From: the human T2T-CHM13v2.0 reference genome, Homo sapiens
Assembly: GCF_009914755.1 (NCBI RefSeq)
Contig: NC_060947.1
DNA: 64,000 nucleotides
Strand: one strand, 5' to 3'
Shown here: piece by piece, positions 19,118 to 41,170 of the stretch
Layout of the letters: the number at the start of each line of letters is the position of its first letter
Numbering within the stretch: position 1 is the first letter of the stretch
The notes under the pieces: generated by a model
The model's database searches: none
Told to the model about the DNA's origin: nothing
The model's input: only the letters and a program-made list of their open reading frames with translations
Translations under genes and position numbers: made by a program

Positions 19118-19430
19118 TTTTTATTTATTTTTTATTTTTATTTATTTTTTGAGACGGAGTCTCATTCTGTCGCCCAGGCTGGAGTGCAGGGGTGTGATCT
19201 CGGCTCACTGCAACCTCCGCCTCCTGGGTTCAAGTGATTCTCATGTCTCAGCCTCCTGAGTAGCTGAGACTACAGGCGTGTGCCACAGTGCCCGGCTAAT
19301 TTTTGTATTTTTAGTACAGACAGGGTTTCATCATGTTGGCCAGGCTGGTCTCAAACTCCCAACCTCAAGTGATCCTTCTGCCTCAGCCTCTCAAATGCTG
19401 GGATTACAGACGTGAGCCACTGCACCCAGC
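19118..19430 (-). mobile_element. AluS
   Basis: Reverse Alu dimer. Confidence 0.93.
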
Positions 19431-19449
19431 CACTCATATTTTTTAAAGT

Positions 19450-19600
19450 AGAAAAATTATGCCAAGGACCAGATGACTCCCTGCAGATCAGTGGCTTCTT
19501 TGAAAAGATCAAAAATATTCTTTTTTTTCCCCCCAGAGAATAGAGGAATATGACCTACTGGAAATTTCTTTTTTGTTTATTTTCCTGACAAATTCCACTC
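19450..19600 (-). pseudogene. Possible extreme N-terminus of the PNMA-like gag
   Basis: AGSHLVLGIIF would join FRKEE at 18185 to give GSHLVLGIIFRKEE (PNMA2 GRYRLLGKIFRKQE). Similarity upstream of this is weak. Confidence 0.4.
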
Positions 19601-20613
19601 ATATCCTTTCCATCCTTCTTTTCAGGAATATAGGACTTAGTTTTTTAAAGCAGTCTGAGTGGTAATGGAAAGAGAAAGTTTCCACTTTGTTTTCCAGAAA
19701 TCCAGAAAGGCATGACTTGAACTTGATTCTTTGAAGTAGCTTGAAGTATTTTAGGAGAAGCTTAGAGTACAGCTGCACTGACTGCACCTCCACATTCAGG
19801 GTTTGGTATCATAGAACATCTTTCTGTTACCTTCACAACTGAAATGACATATCAAGACCTCATTCTGGTCGAAGTTTAAAAATTTAAATAATTAATGCCT
19901 TTGTGAAGAAATTCTCCTGCTTTCCTAAAGGAATGTAGAAAAGTGGCATCGTTGCTCAGGTACTGCGAATCTTTCACTTCAATTTTGAAGAAAATGATTT
20001 TTTTTTTTTTTTTTTTGCCACAGAATATTCTATAGTAGTTAAAAGTTTAAGCTTGTTCTGGATACATTATTTACTATCTTTGTAGGCCCCTTAGTCTTTC
20101 TGAGACCTCGATTCCTCATCTGTAAAAATTAGAATAATTAAAACTACTCCCTACCTCATACTATGAGGACTATTGTCTTTCTGTTAAATTGACTCTTTTT
20201 AAAATTTTTATAGAGATGGGGTCTTCCTATGTTGCTTCGAACTCCTGGGCTCAAGTGATCTTCCCACCTCAGCCTCCCAAAGTGCTGGGATTTCAGGCGT
20301 GAGCCACTGTACCCGGCAGACCCTTTTATCACTATGAAATGTGCTCGTGTTCCCTATCTCCGGTAATACTTCTTGACTGAAAGACTACTTTGTCTGACAT
20401 TAGTATAACCATGACAGCTTTACTGTTGTTGTTGTTGTTGTTAGAGTTTGTATGGTATATTTTTCCATTTTTGTACTTTCAATCTGTATCTTCATACATA
20501 AAATGTGTCTCTTGTAAATGGTATATAGTTGGGTCTTGATTTTTTCCAGTCAGACAATCTTTGTATTTCATTGGAGTATTTTGTTTATTTGTATTAATGT
20601 GACTAATGATATA

Positions 20614-20948
20614 CAGCCATGCATTGCTTAACGACAGGGACACATTCTGAGAATGGTATTGTGCAAACATTATAGAGTGTACTTACACAAACCTAGATAC
20701 TATAGCCTACTATATACACCTAGGTTATATAAAATAGCCTATCACTTCTAGGCTACAAATCTCTACAGCATGCTACTGTTAACACCAGCATCACCTTAAA
20801 CACATGAGTAATGCATTGCACTATGACATTATATGGCTATGACATCACTAGATTATGGGAATTTTTCAGCTCCATTATGATATTATGGGACCACCATCAT
20901 ATTTGCAGTCCCTTTTTGACTGAAATATTGTTATGCAATTCATGACTG
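20614..20948. mobile_element. Tigger3/MER7-like MITE inside an old L1
   Basis: Termini cagccatgcattgcttaacgac and gttatgcaattcatgactg. Confidence 0.75.
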
Positions 20949-21134
20949 TGGCTGCATTTAAGCTCACTATTTTGCTATTGTTGTCTAGTTGTTTAATCTG
21001 TCAGTTGTTTCCTTGTTCCTCTTATGCTACCTTATTTTGTATTAATTCAGTTTTTCATTATTACAACTTCATTTTGAGTCCTCCATTAACATTTTGTTTA
21101 TACCTTTCCAATGTTTTTAGTGGTTATTCTAGAG

Positions 21135-21350
21135 CAATAGTTCTTAAACAGGAGTGATTTTGTTACCCAGGGAAATTTGACCATGTCTAGAGATATTTTT
21201 GGCTGTCACATTTTGGGGAAGGTGCTACTGGCATCTAGTGGGTAGGGGCCAGGGATACCATTAAACAGCTTAAAATACAAAGATTAGCCATACACAACAA
21301 AGAATTATCCAGCCCCAAAAGTCAAAAGTGACAAGGTTAAGAAACCCTGC
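21135..21350. mobile_element. MER20 hAT element
   Basis: gtgctactggcatctagtgggtaggggccagggatac core, tctaga-containing flanks. Confidence 0.8.
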
Positions 21351-21914
21351 TCTAGAAACCCTTCATCCTTAATTTATTACAATCTTCCTTACTTAGTACC
21401 TTAGCACTTCATAATGCAAAAAATTAAACAAGAGTAAAGGTCCATTTATCTGCTCCCATCATTTCTACTATTATCATATATTTTACTTCTACATATAACT
21501 CCACAAGGCATTGTTATTATTGTTACTTTAAATAATACATAATCTTTTATGTTTATGTACATGTATACCCTTTCTGATGCTATTCATTTCTTCCTGGAGT
21601 GCTGTTCTTTAATGTAGTATCCTTTTCCTTCAGTCTGAAGGAAAAAGTATTTCTTACAGTGCAGTTTTGATGGCAATGAATTCTTTCAACTTTCGTTTGT
21701 CCAAAAAAATCTTTATTTAATCTTTATTTTTAAAGGATTTTCACTGGACACATAATTATAGATCAGCAATTTTATCTTAGAGTATTTTAAAGATGTGATT
21801 ATACTATATTCTGACATCCATGTATTGTGCTGTTTTGGAGTTTGTTGTTAGTCTTATGTTCATTTCTTTAAGGTCATTTGCCTTTCCCCACACTCCTCTG
21901 GCTTTGTTTTGCTT

Positions 21915-22198
21915 GTTTTTTTTTTTTTTTGGGACAGGGCCTCATTCTGTTGCACAGGCTGGAGTACAGTGGCATGATTATGGCTCACTGCAGCCTTGAC
22001 CTCTCAGGCTCAAGCAATCCTCCCACCTCCGCCTCCCACAGGTGTGCAGCACCACACCTGGCTCATTTTAAAATTTTTTTATAGAGACAGAGTCCCCTTA
22101 TATTGCCCAGGCTGGTCTTAAACTCCTGGGCTCAAGTGATCCTCCTACCTCAGCCTCCTGAAGTGTTGGGATTACAGGCATGAACCACTTCATCCAGC
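21915..22198 (-). mobile_element. AluJ
   Basis: Reverse Alu with J-type features. Confidence 0.88.
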
Positions 22199-23024
22199 TC
22201 TGGCTGCTTTTAAGTTTTTCTCTTTATCCTTCGTTCAGAAGTTGAACTATAATGTGCCTAAGTATGGTTTTCCTGTTTTTATCCTACTTGGGGTTTACTG
22301 AGATTACTGGATCTGTGGGTTGATGTCTGTCATTACTTTTGAGAAATTATCAGCCATTATCACTTTGAATAGTTTTTTTTTTCTGCCTCATTCTCTTGCT
22401 CTTTTCCTTCTGAGATTTTAATTACACTAATATTATACTGGCTGACAATCTCCTACATAACTCTCGTGTTGTTTTCTCTTCTTTCCATTATTTTTTCTCC
22501 ATGTACTTCAATTGAATAGTTTCTATTGCACTGTCTTTGAGTTCACTACTCTTCTGCTGTGTTCAGTCTACTAATAAACCCATTCAAGGAATTAAAGTGA
22601 AATACACAAACATAAAATTAATAAAGTGTAAAATTCAGTGGCATTTAGTACCTTCAGTGTTGTCCAACCACCACCTCTAGTTCCAAAAAATTTTAATCAC
22701 CCCTAAAGTAAACCCTATATCCATTAAGTACTCACTCCCTATTCCCTTCTACCCATAGACCCCAACAACCACCAATCAGCTTTCTGTCTCTATGGATTTA
22801 TCTATACTGGCTATGTCATATAAGTGGAATAAAAAATGTGACCTTTTGTGCCTGGCTTCTTTCATTCAGCATGTTGTTGGGGTATAGCTGTGCTGCATCA
22901 CGTATCAGTACATTCAACATCTGGATCACTAGTGGGTCTACTTATACTGACTGTTTTCATTTTGATTATAGGTCACATTTTCCTGTTTCTTCATATGTCT
23001 CATAATCTTTTGATATGCTTGTTT

Positions 23025-23454
23025 TGCAGGAGACAAGTCTATGCAAACCTTTCCCAAAGTCCGAGGAAGCTGAGAGGCTGAAGAAAGAGGCTGACAAATC
23101 CAGTTTCTTAGATCCAGTTTCTTAGAAAGAAACATTTAACAGCGACTTAGGAACAGAAGCCATGTCTGTCTCAGGTGGTGATGAGACAAGATGGTGGATT
23201 CCTGTGCCATTACCCCCTAGACCCAGAGTTTATATACAACAGGGGAGGGGGTGGTTCAGAAGGGTTATGTAGGACAACTGAAGTATGATAACATCAAAGT
23301 TGTTTGACCTAAGGACAGGATTTATGGTAAGAACCTGCTCTTACACAAGGAACAATAGATAAACTGGAAATCTTGGAGGCCTTCCTGGAATAGGGGTTAA
23401 TCAGAAGCCAGCATGGTGGATTAGCTTCCACGATGGAGTTGGTTTAGCCTCCAC
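23025..23454 (-). mobile_element. ERV1-class solo LTR (LTR15-like)
   Basis: Minus strand begins tgtggaggctaaaccaactccatc..gctaatccaccatg; ends in CA. Confidence 0.6.
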
Positions 23455-24015
23455 AATAATGAAAATTGGCAAAAGTGATATAGATTCTGATATCAACGAT
23501 TTTTTTTCCTTTTAGAGAGGGAAGGCTCTTTTGTCAGGAAAATGGGTGAGGAGTAATCACTTCAAACCAATTAGAAATTGAGCTAGGTTGGCACAGGGTT
23601 GTGGGTTTAGTTCCACTCTGTCCTAACTAAAATTCTTGAGGGCAAAATCTGAAAATAGATTCTTCCCTTTTGGGAGACAATCTTTTCTATACCCAGACTT
23701 TGTCTCCTATAAATCATGAGATTGCAAGAGATTTATCTCGGACTTTCCAGCCCATCCTCTGAGGCTCCAGTGCCGCTCCAGTGCTCAAGAAAAGTCAGTG
23801 GGGAAAAACCAAGGTGAGACCTGACTTCAAGTTTGAGGGTTCTCCAAATTCTGATCTTTCATGTCAGCTCATGAGGCTGTCAAAAGTTCTACTACTTTTA
23901 TCTCCTGAGCAGAGTCTCTCTGCCTATGGCAAAAAACAATTATCAGCCCATACCCAGACTTGGCAGATGCCCATGGAAGGAAAGTGGTCATTAATCTCCA
24001 CTCACATAGAAAGAA

Positions 24016-24070
<55 letters not shown>

Positions 24071-24090
24071 TATACATATATACATATATT
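24016..24090. repeat. Compound (CT)n(TA)n(CA)n microsatellite
   Basis: Directly visible. Confidence 0.95.
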
Positions 24091-24199
24091 GTTGTTATAG
24101 TAGGAGGGAGGTATGTTCCTATCTTCTATATCCTGCAGGGTTGCACTCCATTACATCAAGTAGAAATGGGCTTATGAGAATTATATTGATTAATTTTAT

Positions 24200-26580
24200 T
24201 AATTCATTCAATTAATATTTATTGTTCACCTATGTGTCAAGTACTGTTTTAAGCACTACAGTTGTTTCAATATTCTTATCTTTAGCAGCCATGTGAATAG
24301 TTGCATCATTTAGGGAGGTGTTAACATTGGGAATGGAACCAGTTTTTGAATAGGAAGTGTATCAAGAGTTCTGTTTTGGATGAGCTCAGTTTGACATGCA
24401 TATTAGACATCTAAGTGGAAGTATCATGTAGGAAGCTAGATATACAAGTAGAATTCAGGGGAGTCTCAATCTGAATGAATTTGAATGTCATCAATTAGTA
24501 CAGATAGAGAAGTATTCTGTAGTACTGAGCCCTGGGAAAACCCAACATTAAAGATGAGAGAAGACAAATCAGCCAGCAAAGGAAAGAATGAAAGAGCAGC
24601 CAGTGAGGGAGGAAGGAAACCAAGACTAAGGTTTAACAGTAGCCAGGTGAAGAAAACATTTCAAGGAGGGAGTGATCAACTGTGTTGAATGCTGCTGAGA
24701 GGTTAAGTGGGGACAAAAAGATGGCCATGACATCTTTTGGCAACTGGTGGCCTTAAAGAGTTATTTCAGTAAACTGGTAGGGCCAAAAGCCTGACTAAAC
24801 TGAATTAAGGAGGAAAATTGGAGATAAAGAGGTTATACGAGGACAGGTGCCTGGATAGCCTCAGCCAACCTAGTTCTTCCCACTCCTTCCTCTTAGTTGA
24901 AGTGTCTGAAAAAATCTGAGCTATGACCTTGTTTTGCAACATTTGTGCTCAGTGGGACAAGTGGCATCCAGAATATATAAATCCAGAGCAGAGCAGTTTC
25001 GGGGTCACTCAGCTGTTGTGCAATGTAGGGTACGTGCAGATAAGACTCCAATCACCTTGGGCACTTCCCTGAGCCTTTGAGAGACCGGCTCACTCTGGAT
25101 CCTAGGCTTCTGTTTATCCTTGCTGCCTATCTTTGAGTAATAAGGCAGCTTTTCTTGACTTGTACAAGTGTCCTGTCTTACTAAACTCACGCAGGTGGTA
25201 GAGATACTGGGGGTCCTTTTGCTCCTCGCAGCTGTTTTCATGTTATTGGAACTGCTGTTGCAACTGGGTCTACTCTAAGCCCCCGCCAGTCTTGTGAACC
25301 TTTACAGAGGTATAAACAACTCTGGATAAATTTTACTATTAAAGGGAGTATAGAAATGGGATGTCAGCTGGGAGGACATCAAGGGAGGGTTTTTGTAAAA
25401 ATGATGAGATTGTACGATACATAAAACATGTTAGCATAGCAATGGTAAGTAAATTGTTATGCTTACTATTATTATCTCACTACAAGAATCATTTGAACTT
25501 TTCAAACAGCAGTCTATATAATGTTAGGACTTTTAGGATTCATATTCTGATTCTTTATAAGCTTAGGCCAAAAAGGAAAGTTAAGTTCTCAGAGAGAAAG
25601 TCAAAATCTTGTGAGCATACTTGTGACTGATGACCCTACTCACTATGGACAAGCTTATTCCACCAGAGAACAGAAGACATCCACGGTTGCTCAGGTATTA
25701 TAGGAGAAATAATTTTTGGCATGTTAGTTTCTCACTATAATTGTTTGAAGAGGGAAAGACTGTAAGAATTAGCTAATGTGTCAAGTATATCTTCTCATTC
25801 ACGAATTCAACAATTGTTTATTAAGCAACTATATGACACTATTCTAGATGCTTGAAACATGGCAATTAAAAAAATATTTTTACTCTCTTGGAGGTCATAT
25901 CCTTTTTTTTTTTTTTTTTTGAGACAGAGTCTCGTTCTTCACCCAGGATGGAGTGCAGTGGCGTCATCTCGCTCACTGCAGCCTCCACCTCCCGGGTTCA
26001 AGCGATTTCCGGCTAATTTTTGTATTTTTAGTAGAGACAGGGTTTCACCATGTTGGCCAGGCTGGTCTCGAACTCCTGACCTCAAGTGATCCGTATGCCT
26101 CGGCCTCCCAAAGTGCTGGGATTACAGGTGTGAGCCACTGCGTCTGGCCTCTTGGGGGTCATATGTTAATAGGGGAACAGATAATCAAGTATGAAAATAA
26201 TTGGTAAGATAATTTCACATAATGTTGAGTGGTATGAAGGATGTACACAGGGTCATGAGATAGAAAGTGACTGAGAGGAGAGTTGGTGAAATTCTTTATA
26301 AATAAGGTAGCCAAAGAAAGCTTTTCTAAGGGAAGTGACATTTGGCCTGATGAAGGAGGCAGCCACGTGTACATATGGGGTTGTGGGTTGGCGGAGGGGG
26401 GGCAACTTTCTAGGCAAAGGGAACAAAGATGCTAAGGTAAGGAGAAGCTTGACTTCTTAGAAAAGAATGCCAATATGTCTGCTGTATGTGTAAGGGCAGA
26501 GTAGTATGAGAAGAGGTCAGAGAGGTGGTCAATAGCCAGATCTGTTATAGGGCTTTGTAGACTATGATAAGAAGTTTGCT
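24200..26580. mobile_element. L2 fragments with a nested LTR-like element (~24834-25300) and an internally deleted Alu (25903-26150)
   Basis: L2 motifs (attcattcaa..atttattg; ttagacatctaagtggaag; gaatgctgctgagaggttaag); TATA and poly(A)-like motifs in the LTR-like piece. Confidence 0.65.
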
Positions 26581-26648
26581 TTTTTAAAAAATGTGGACAA
26601 TGCACATAACATAAAACATACCATCTAGACTTATTTTAATTATTTTTT

Positions 26649-26964
26649 GCAGTTGCAAGATTTAATAGAGTGAAAACAGGGCTCCCATACAAAGGGAGGG
26701 GACCCAAAGAGGGTAGCCGTTGCTGGCTCGAATGCCTGGGTTTATATCCCGATCATTGTCCCTCTTGCTGTGCTCTCAGGCGATAGATGACTGGCTATTT
26801 CTTTACCTCCTGTTTTTGCTTAATTAGCATTTTAGTGAGCTCTCTGATTGGTCGGGTGTGAGCTAAGTTGCAAGCCCCGTGTTTAAAGGTGGACGCGGTC
26901 ACCTTCCCAGCTAGGCTTAGGGATTCTTAGTCGGCCTAGGAAATCCAGCTAGTCCTGTCTCTCA
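26649..26964 (-). promoter_or_regulatory. LTR17 U3-R (3' LTR lacking U5)
   Basis: Starts TGAGAGACAGG after the PPT (~26965-26978); TATAAA at 26741-26746; ATTAAA poly(A) signal at 26661-26666. Confidence 0.92.
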
Positions 26965-27022
26965 GTACCCCCTCTCAACAGGAAAACCCAAGTGCTGCTG
27001 GGGAGGTTGACTGACGACCGCT

Positions 27023-28450
27023 CTACCTGCTTCCTGCTGAAATGGGGCATGGTAGGGGTTGTGCAGTTGAGATTTCCTCAGGAGGGGTGCCTTTGATGTC
27101 ATTAACATCGGAACAAGGGCTAGCAGGCTGGTCCAGGGGTCCGTGGTAGATTTTAGTCATGGACTGCATCTGGGGCTCCATTTGAAGAACCATTTGTAGC
27201 TTTACAGCTTCAATTCTGGAAGAGACAAACTTAACAAGGAGGTTAAAGATACAGGGTCCAAAGAGGAGTAACAATATTAGAGCTGCTAGAGGTCCTAAGA
27301 AGGGGAGAACCCAGGGCATCCATTGGCTGAGGAGGCCCCAGTGTTCGGTGTTTTGAAGCTCCTCTGCTCTACATTGTATTCGATCTCGAATTTCTTTAAC
27401 TTTCTCAGTGACAATTCTGGATTGATTAACATAATAACAGCATTCTTCTCCTAAAAATAAACAGGTTCCCCCTCTTTTGGCGGTTAGCAAGTCTAAAGCT
27501 CTTCGATTTTGAAGGACTACTGCTGCTAGGGAGTTAAGTTGATCTTGCAAGGTGACCAGGGAGTCAGTGACCTGTTCCATGTCACCATTTATTTCTTGAG
27601 ATAGTTTGTAGTAGAACTGAGTAGAGGTTGTGATACCGCCAATGCCAGTACCTAGTCTGCCTAGCACTCCTGCTCTGATAACAAAAGGAAGAATGGGTAC
27701 TCTTTTGTTGTGGGGCTTAGGTACGACATGATTGTATAAATCTTGTTCAGTGTAGATGGTCATAGGGGGCACTAAGAATGAGAGGAAGCACATAGATTCT
27801 GAAGAGCCATTCAAACAATGATAGGCTGAGGTACCACAGACAAAAAATATTCCTGAGGGTAGGCAGACTATTCGTGTGGGAGGTGTTACCCACCTGATGC
27901 ATTGGGAGCTGGTTGTGTCTATAGTATTGCTAAATTTTACACAGGTGAGGTTTGAGGTATGGGTTATTTCCAGATTGGAAACAAGAGGTCCTACTAAAAC
28001 GGAAGTGGTGTTTATTTCTGTGCTGAAGTTGTTCCATTGTTCAGGAACAGGGATTGAAATGTATGGCCTGAAGTGCAGGGGGAGGCACATCCAACAGTTA
28101 GTAGGGTTTTGGGCTGAGACCTCATGGAGCCGAGTGAGGGTGGTATTAAATAGGCTCACCAGGCGAGTATGGGTACGGAGGGTTTCATGTAGTTTTGAGA
28201 GAACTAGTCCTTTGTAGGGGCTAGGGGTGCTATGTCCCCGGGTCAGTTGGGAGATTGCTTCCTTTACTTGTTTTTCTCTTGCCTGACCTTGAATTCCACC
28301 CCCATCAGACATACTGGTATGGGTGAAGTAAGTCCAACAGACAGTGGCTCCAAGTCCTCCAGGACAACTAGGATTAATCATTTTCCCTGTCCAATAATGA
28401 GTATTTGCATGCATGCAAAGAATGGCAGAGTTATAGCAGTTGCGGGGCAT
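27023..28450 (-). CDS. ERVW-2: N-terminally truncated HERV-W Env (N-Trenv, 475 aa from Met68)
   Basis: Syncytin-1-like ORF with CWMC, ISD LQNRRALDLLTAKRGG, CX6CC and TM; no signal peptide. Confidence 0.75.
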   Translation of the reverse strand: MPRNCYNSAILCMHANTHYWTGKMINPSCPGGLGATVCWTYFTHTSMSDGGGIQGQAREKQVKEAISQLTRGHSTPSPYKGLVLSKLHETLRTHTRLVSLFNTTLTRLHEVSAQNPTNCWMCLPLHFRPYISIPVPEQWNNFSTEINTTSVLVGPLVSNLEITHTSNLTCVKFSNTIDTTSSQCIRWVTPPTRIVCLPSGIFFVCGTSAYHCLNGSSESMCFLSFLVPPMTIYTEQDLYNHVVPKPHNKRVPILPFVIRAGVLGRLGTGIGGITTSTQFYYKLSQEINGDMEQVTDSLVTLQDQLNSLAAVVLQNRRALDLLTAKRGGTCLFLGEECCYYVNQSRIVTEKVKEIRDRIQCRAEELQNTEHWGLLSQWMPWVLPFLGPLAALILLLLFGPCIFNLLVKFVSSRIEAVKLQMVLQMEPQMQSMTKIYHGPLDQPASPCSDVNDIKGTPPEEISTAQPLPCPISAGSR

Positions 28451-28651
28451 ATGGGTGTGGGCAGTGAAGGTGGAGTTTCCCTTAGATAAACTCCTATATG
28501 ATGGGGCATCAATATTTCCAGGAAGCCGCGTTCTTCATAGAAACTCTTGGTAAGGGGAGCTACTGGTTGTACAGCAGCATGGAGGGGGTGCAGTGAGAGC
28601 GAAAGGGGGTAAGAGAACAGTAAAGAGAAAAATATGATAAGGGAGGGCCAT
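27023..28651 (-). pseudogene. ERVW-2: HERV-W env, 1629 bp, single premature TGA at codon 39
   Basis: ATG at 28651 gives MALPYHIFLFTVLLPPFALTAPPPCCCTTSSSPYQEFL*; TGA at 28535-28537; frame otherwise open to 27023. Confidence 0.96.
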
Positions 28652-28677
28652 GGGGATTTATGATTTGTTACTTTCCT

Positions 28678-29380
28678 CACAGTTGTCTGATAGTCACAAG
28701 TCTCCTTTAGCAGTGAGCATGCCGTTCACATCATGAGATTCCACACAGTAAGATCTCTTCCCTGTATTATTTTAACTGCTTCAGATACTAAGACTCCTAC
28801 TGCTGCCACTACCCATAAACAATGAGGCCAATCCTTTGCCACTACATCAATTTCCTTACTCAGGTACGCCATGGGTTGCAAGCTCATCCTTCGGACCTGT
28901 GTAAGGACTCCTAGAGCTATTCCTGTTTTTTTCTGTGACATATAAAGAAAAGTCTGCCCCACTGGCAAGCTTAACACTGGGGCTTGGGTTAGGGCCTTCT
29001 TTAGGGCCTGGAAAGCTGCTTCTGCTTCAGGTGCCCATCTTACTAAATGGTATTGGCTTTCTGAGTTTCCTTAATTAGTGTATATAATGGTCTGGCTATT
29101 TCGCCGTACCTGGGAATCTGTATTTGGCAGAAACCTGTTATGCCAAGGAACCCTCTTACTTGCTTTAGGGTTTTGGGATGAGGATAAGCCAGTGTAGGCT
29201 GGATACGTTCTTCACTGAGGGCCCTGGTGCCTTTGGATAATTTTAGACCTAAGTATTTAACCTGCTGTGAGCAGAGCTGAGCCTTTGGTTTGGAAACCTT
29301 GTAGCCACAGGTAGCGAGGAAATTTAAGAGCACTTGGGTGGCTTGATGGCACAAGGTTTCTGAACGGGTGGCTAAAAGCA
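28678..29380 (-). pseudogene. HERV-W pol fragment (RT C-terminus/connection), frameshifted
   Basis: LLLATRSETLCHQATQVLLNFLATCGYKVSKPKAQLCSQQVKYLG..FLGITGFC; AYLSKEIDVVAKDWPHCL. Confidence 0.93.
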
Positions 29381-32190
<2,810 letters not shown>

Positions 32191-32199
32191 TACTCTATT

Positions 32200-32878
<679 letters not shown>

Positions 32879-33217
32879 TTACTGAGTTCATACCAGGCAC
32901 TATTCAAAACACCTTACATGTATTAATTCTCACAACCACCCTGTGAGGTAATAGTATTATTGCTCTCATTTCAAAAATGAGAAAACGACTGTGTAGTGAG
33001 TTTAACTTACTCAGGTTCACACAGGTAGTAAATAGTGGCCAGATTTGGTTATAGAGCTAGTAAATGGTAAAGACAGTGTATGGTAGAGCCATACACTGGG
33101 AATATGGCATTAGATCACATGCCCTTAACCATTATACTGTTCCGTAAGTGGAGGAAGCTACAGTGTAGGCACAAAGGTAAGTAGGTGGTAGATTTGTATT
33201 GAAAGAATAAGGGCCTC

Positions 33218-33783
33218 GTGTCAGGCTGCTATAACAAAGTACCACAGACTGAGTAGCTTATAAACAGAAATTTCTCCCAATTTGGAGGCTGTACATCTGA
33301 GATCAGGGTACCCTCATGGTCAGGTTCCGGTGAGGACCCTCTTCCAGGTTGCAGACTACTGAAATCTCCCTGTATCCTCACATGGCAGAGAGACAGCACT
33401 CTTGGGTCTCTTTTTTTTGTTTCTGATCCCCTTACCTACCAGATGGGATCTAAACTCCCACAGTGCTTTGCATCTTTCTTTATGGTACTCATCACTTTAT
33501 GTTACAGCTTACAAACAGGTTTCTTACCTCCCCTATAAGCTGAGAGATTCTTGAAGGTAGTGACTCATATATTTATTGTTTAACCTAGTACCCCAATGGC
33601 ATCTTAGAGAATGTCTTATAAGTAGTAATGATACATATGTTTTTCTTAAGGGCATTAACCCCATCCTGAGGCCTCGCCCTTCTGACTTAATTATCTCTCA
33701 AAGGCCCCAATTCCTCAAACCATCACATTGGGGTTTAGGATTTTAACATATTAATTTTGAGGAGTCACATTCAGTCTATAACA
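33218..33783. mobile_element. MLT1A-like LTR, interrupted at ~33410-33645
   Basis: gctgctataacaaagtaccacagactgagtagcttataaac...catcacattggggtttaggattttaacat. Confidence 0.75.
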
Positions 33784-33798
33784 ATGAGGAGGTTCTCA

Positions 33799-34035
33799 AT
33801 GAGAACACATGGACACAGGTAGGGGAACAACACACACTGGGGCCTGTGGGGTGGGGTGGGCGGAAGGGGAGGGAGAGCATCAGGATAAATAGCTAATGCA
33901 TGTGGGGGTTAATACCTAGGTGATGGGCTGATAAGTGCAGCAAACCACCATGGCACATGTTTACCTATGTAACAAACCTGCACGTCCTGCATATGTATCC
34001 TGGAACTTTGAATTAAATTAAATTAAATTAAACAA
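33799..34035 (+). mobile_element. Short L1PA 3' end
   Basis: L1 3'UTR; TSD acaatgagga(g/a)gttctca. Confidence 0.88.
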
Positions 34036-34399
34036 ACAATGAGGAAGTTCTCATTTGACTGCCAACATGATATTTTATTGCACGGTTGTACCATAATTTT
34101 AAACCAATCAGTCCCCTATTGATGAAATTTTGTTTCCAGGTTTTTGCTATTACGATGCAATGAATATTCTTGTGCCTATCTCTTTGAACACATGTAAGTA
34201 TTTCTATATAATAGAGATCAAAATGTGGATTTTCTAAATCTACATACTTAAAATTTTAATAGATAATGCCAAATGCCCTCCCCAAAGGTTATACTTACTT
34301 ATACTCCCATCCAAAGCCTACAAGAGTGTCTATTTTCCGTACCCTTAGCAACATTTAGTGTTATCAGTTTTTATATCTGACATTCTGACAGGTTAAAAA

Positions 34400-41035
<6,636 letters not shown>

Positions 41036-41170
41036 ATCTTCACAACCCAGTGAGGTAAGTAGCATTATTATCCTCACTTTATAGATGAAAAATGTGAGGC
41101 TCAGATTAAGTGACTTGCCAAGGTCATAGAATGTTAAGTGTGGCTGTACAGGTCTGACTCCAGTTTGTAC
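41036..41170. mobile_element. MIR
   Basis: tatcctcactttatagatgaaaaatgtgaggctcagattaagtgacttgccaaggtca. Confidence 0.85.

Larger units (their letters stand above)
26631..29380 (-). mobile_element. ERVW-2: HERV-W (HERV17/LTR17) L1-processed pseudogene: 5'-truncated pol, env, U3-R, poly(A)
   Basis: No 5' LTR. The 3' LTR stops at R followed by an A-rich tail. TSD accatctagac at 26620-26630 and 29381-29391, TTTT/AA L1 endonuclease site at 29394-29399, inserted in an L1M 3' end. Confidence 0.95.

Noticed and set aside
19600-20000. 5' LTR/PBS of the Gypsy fossil
   Set aside because: No matching second LTR or tRNA primer-binding site was recognisable by eye.
27876-28680. Antisense and alternate-frame ORFs over env (113, 85 and 100 aa)
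   Set aside because: Shadows of the env frame with no independent signals.
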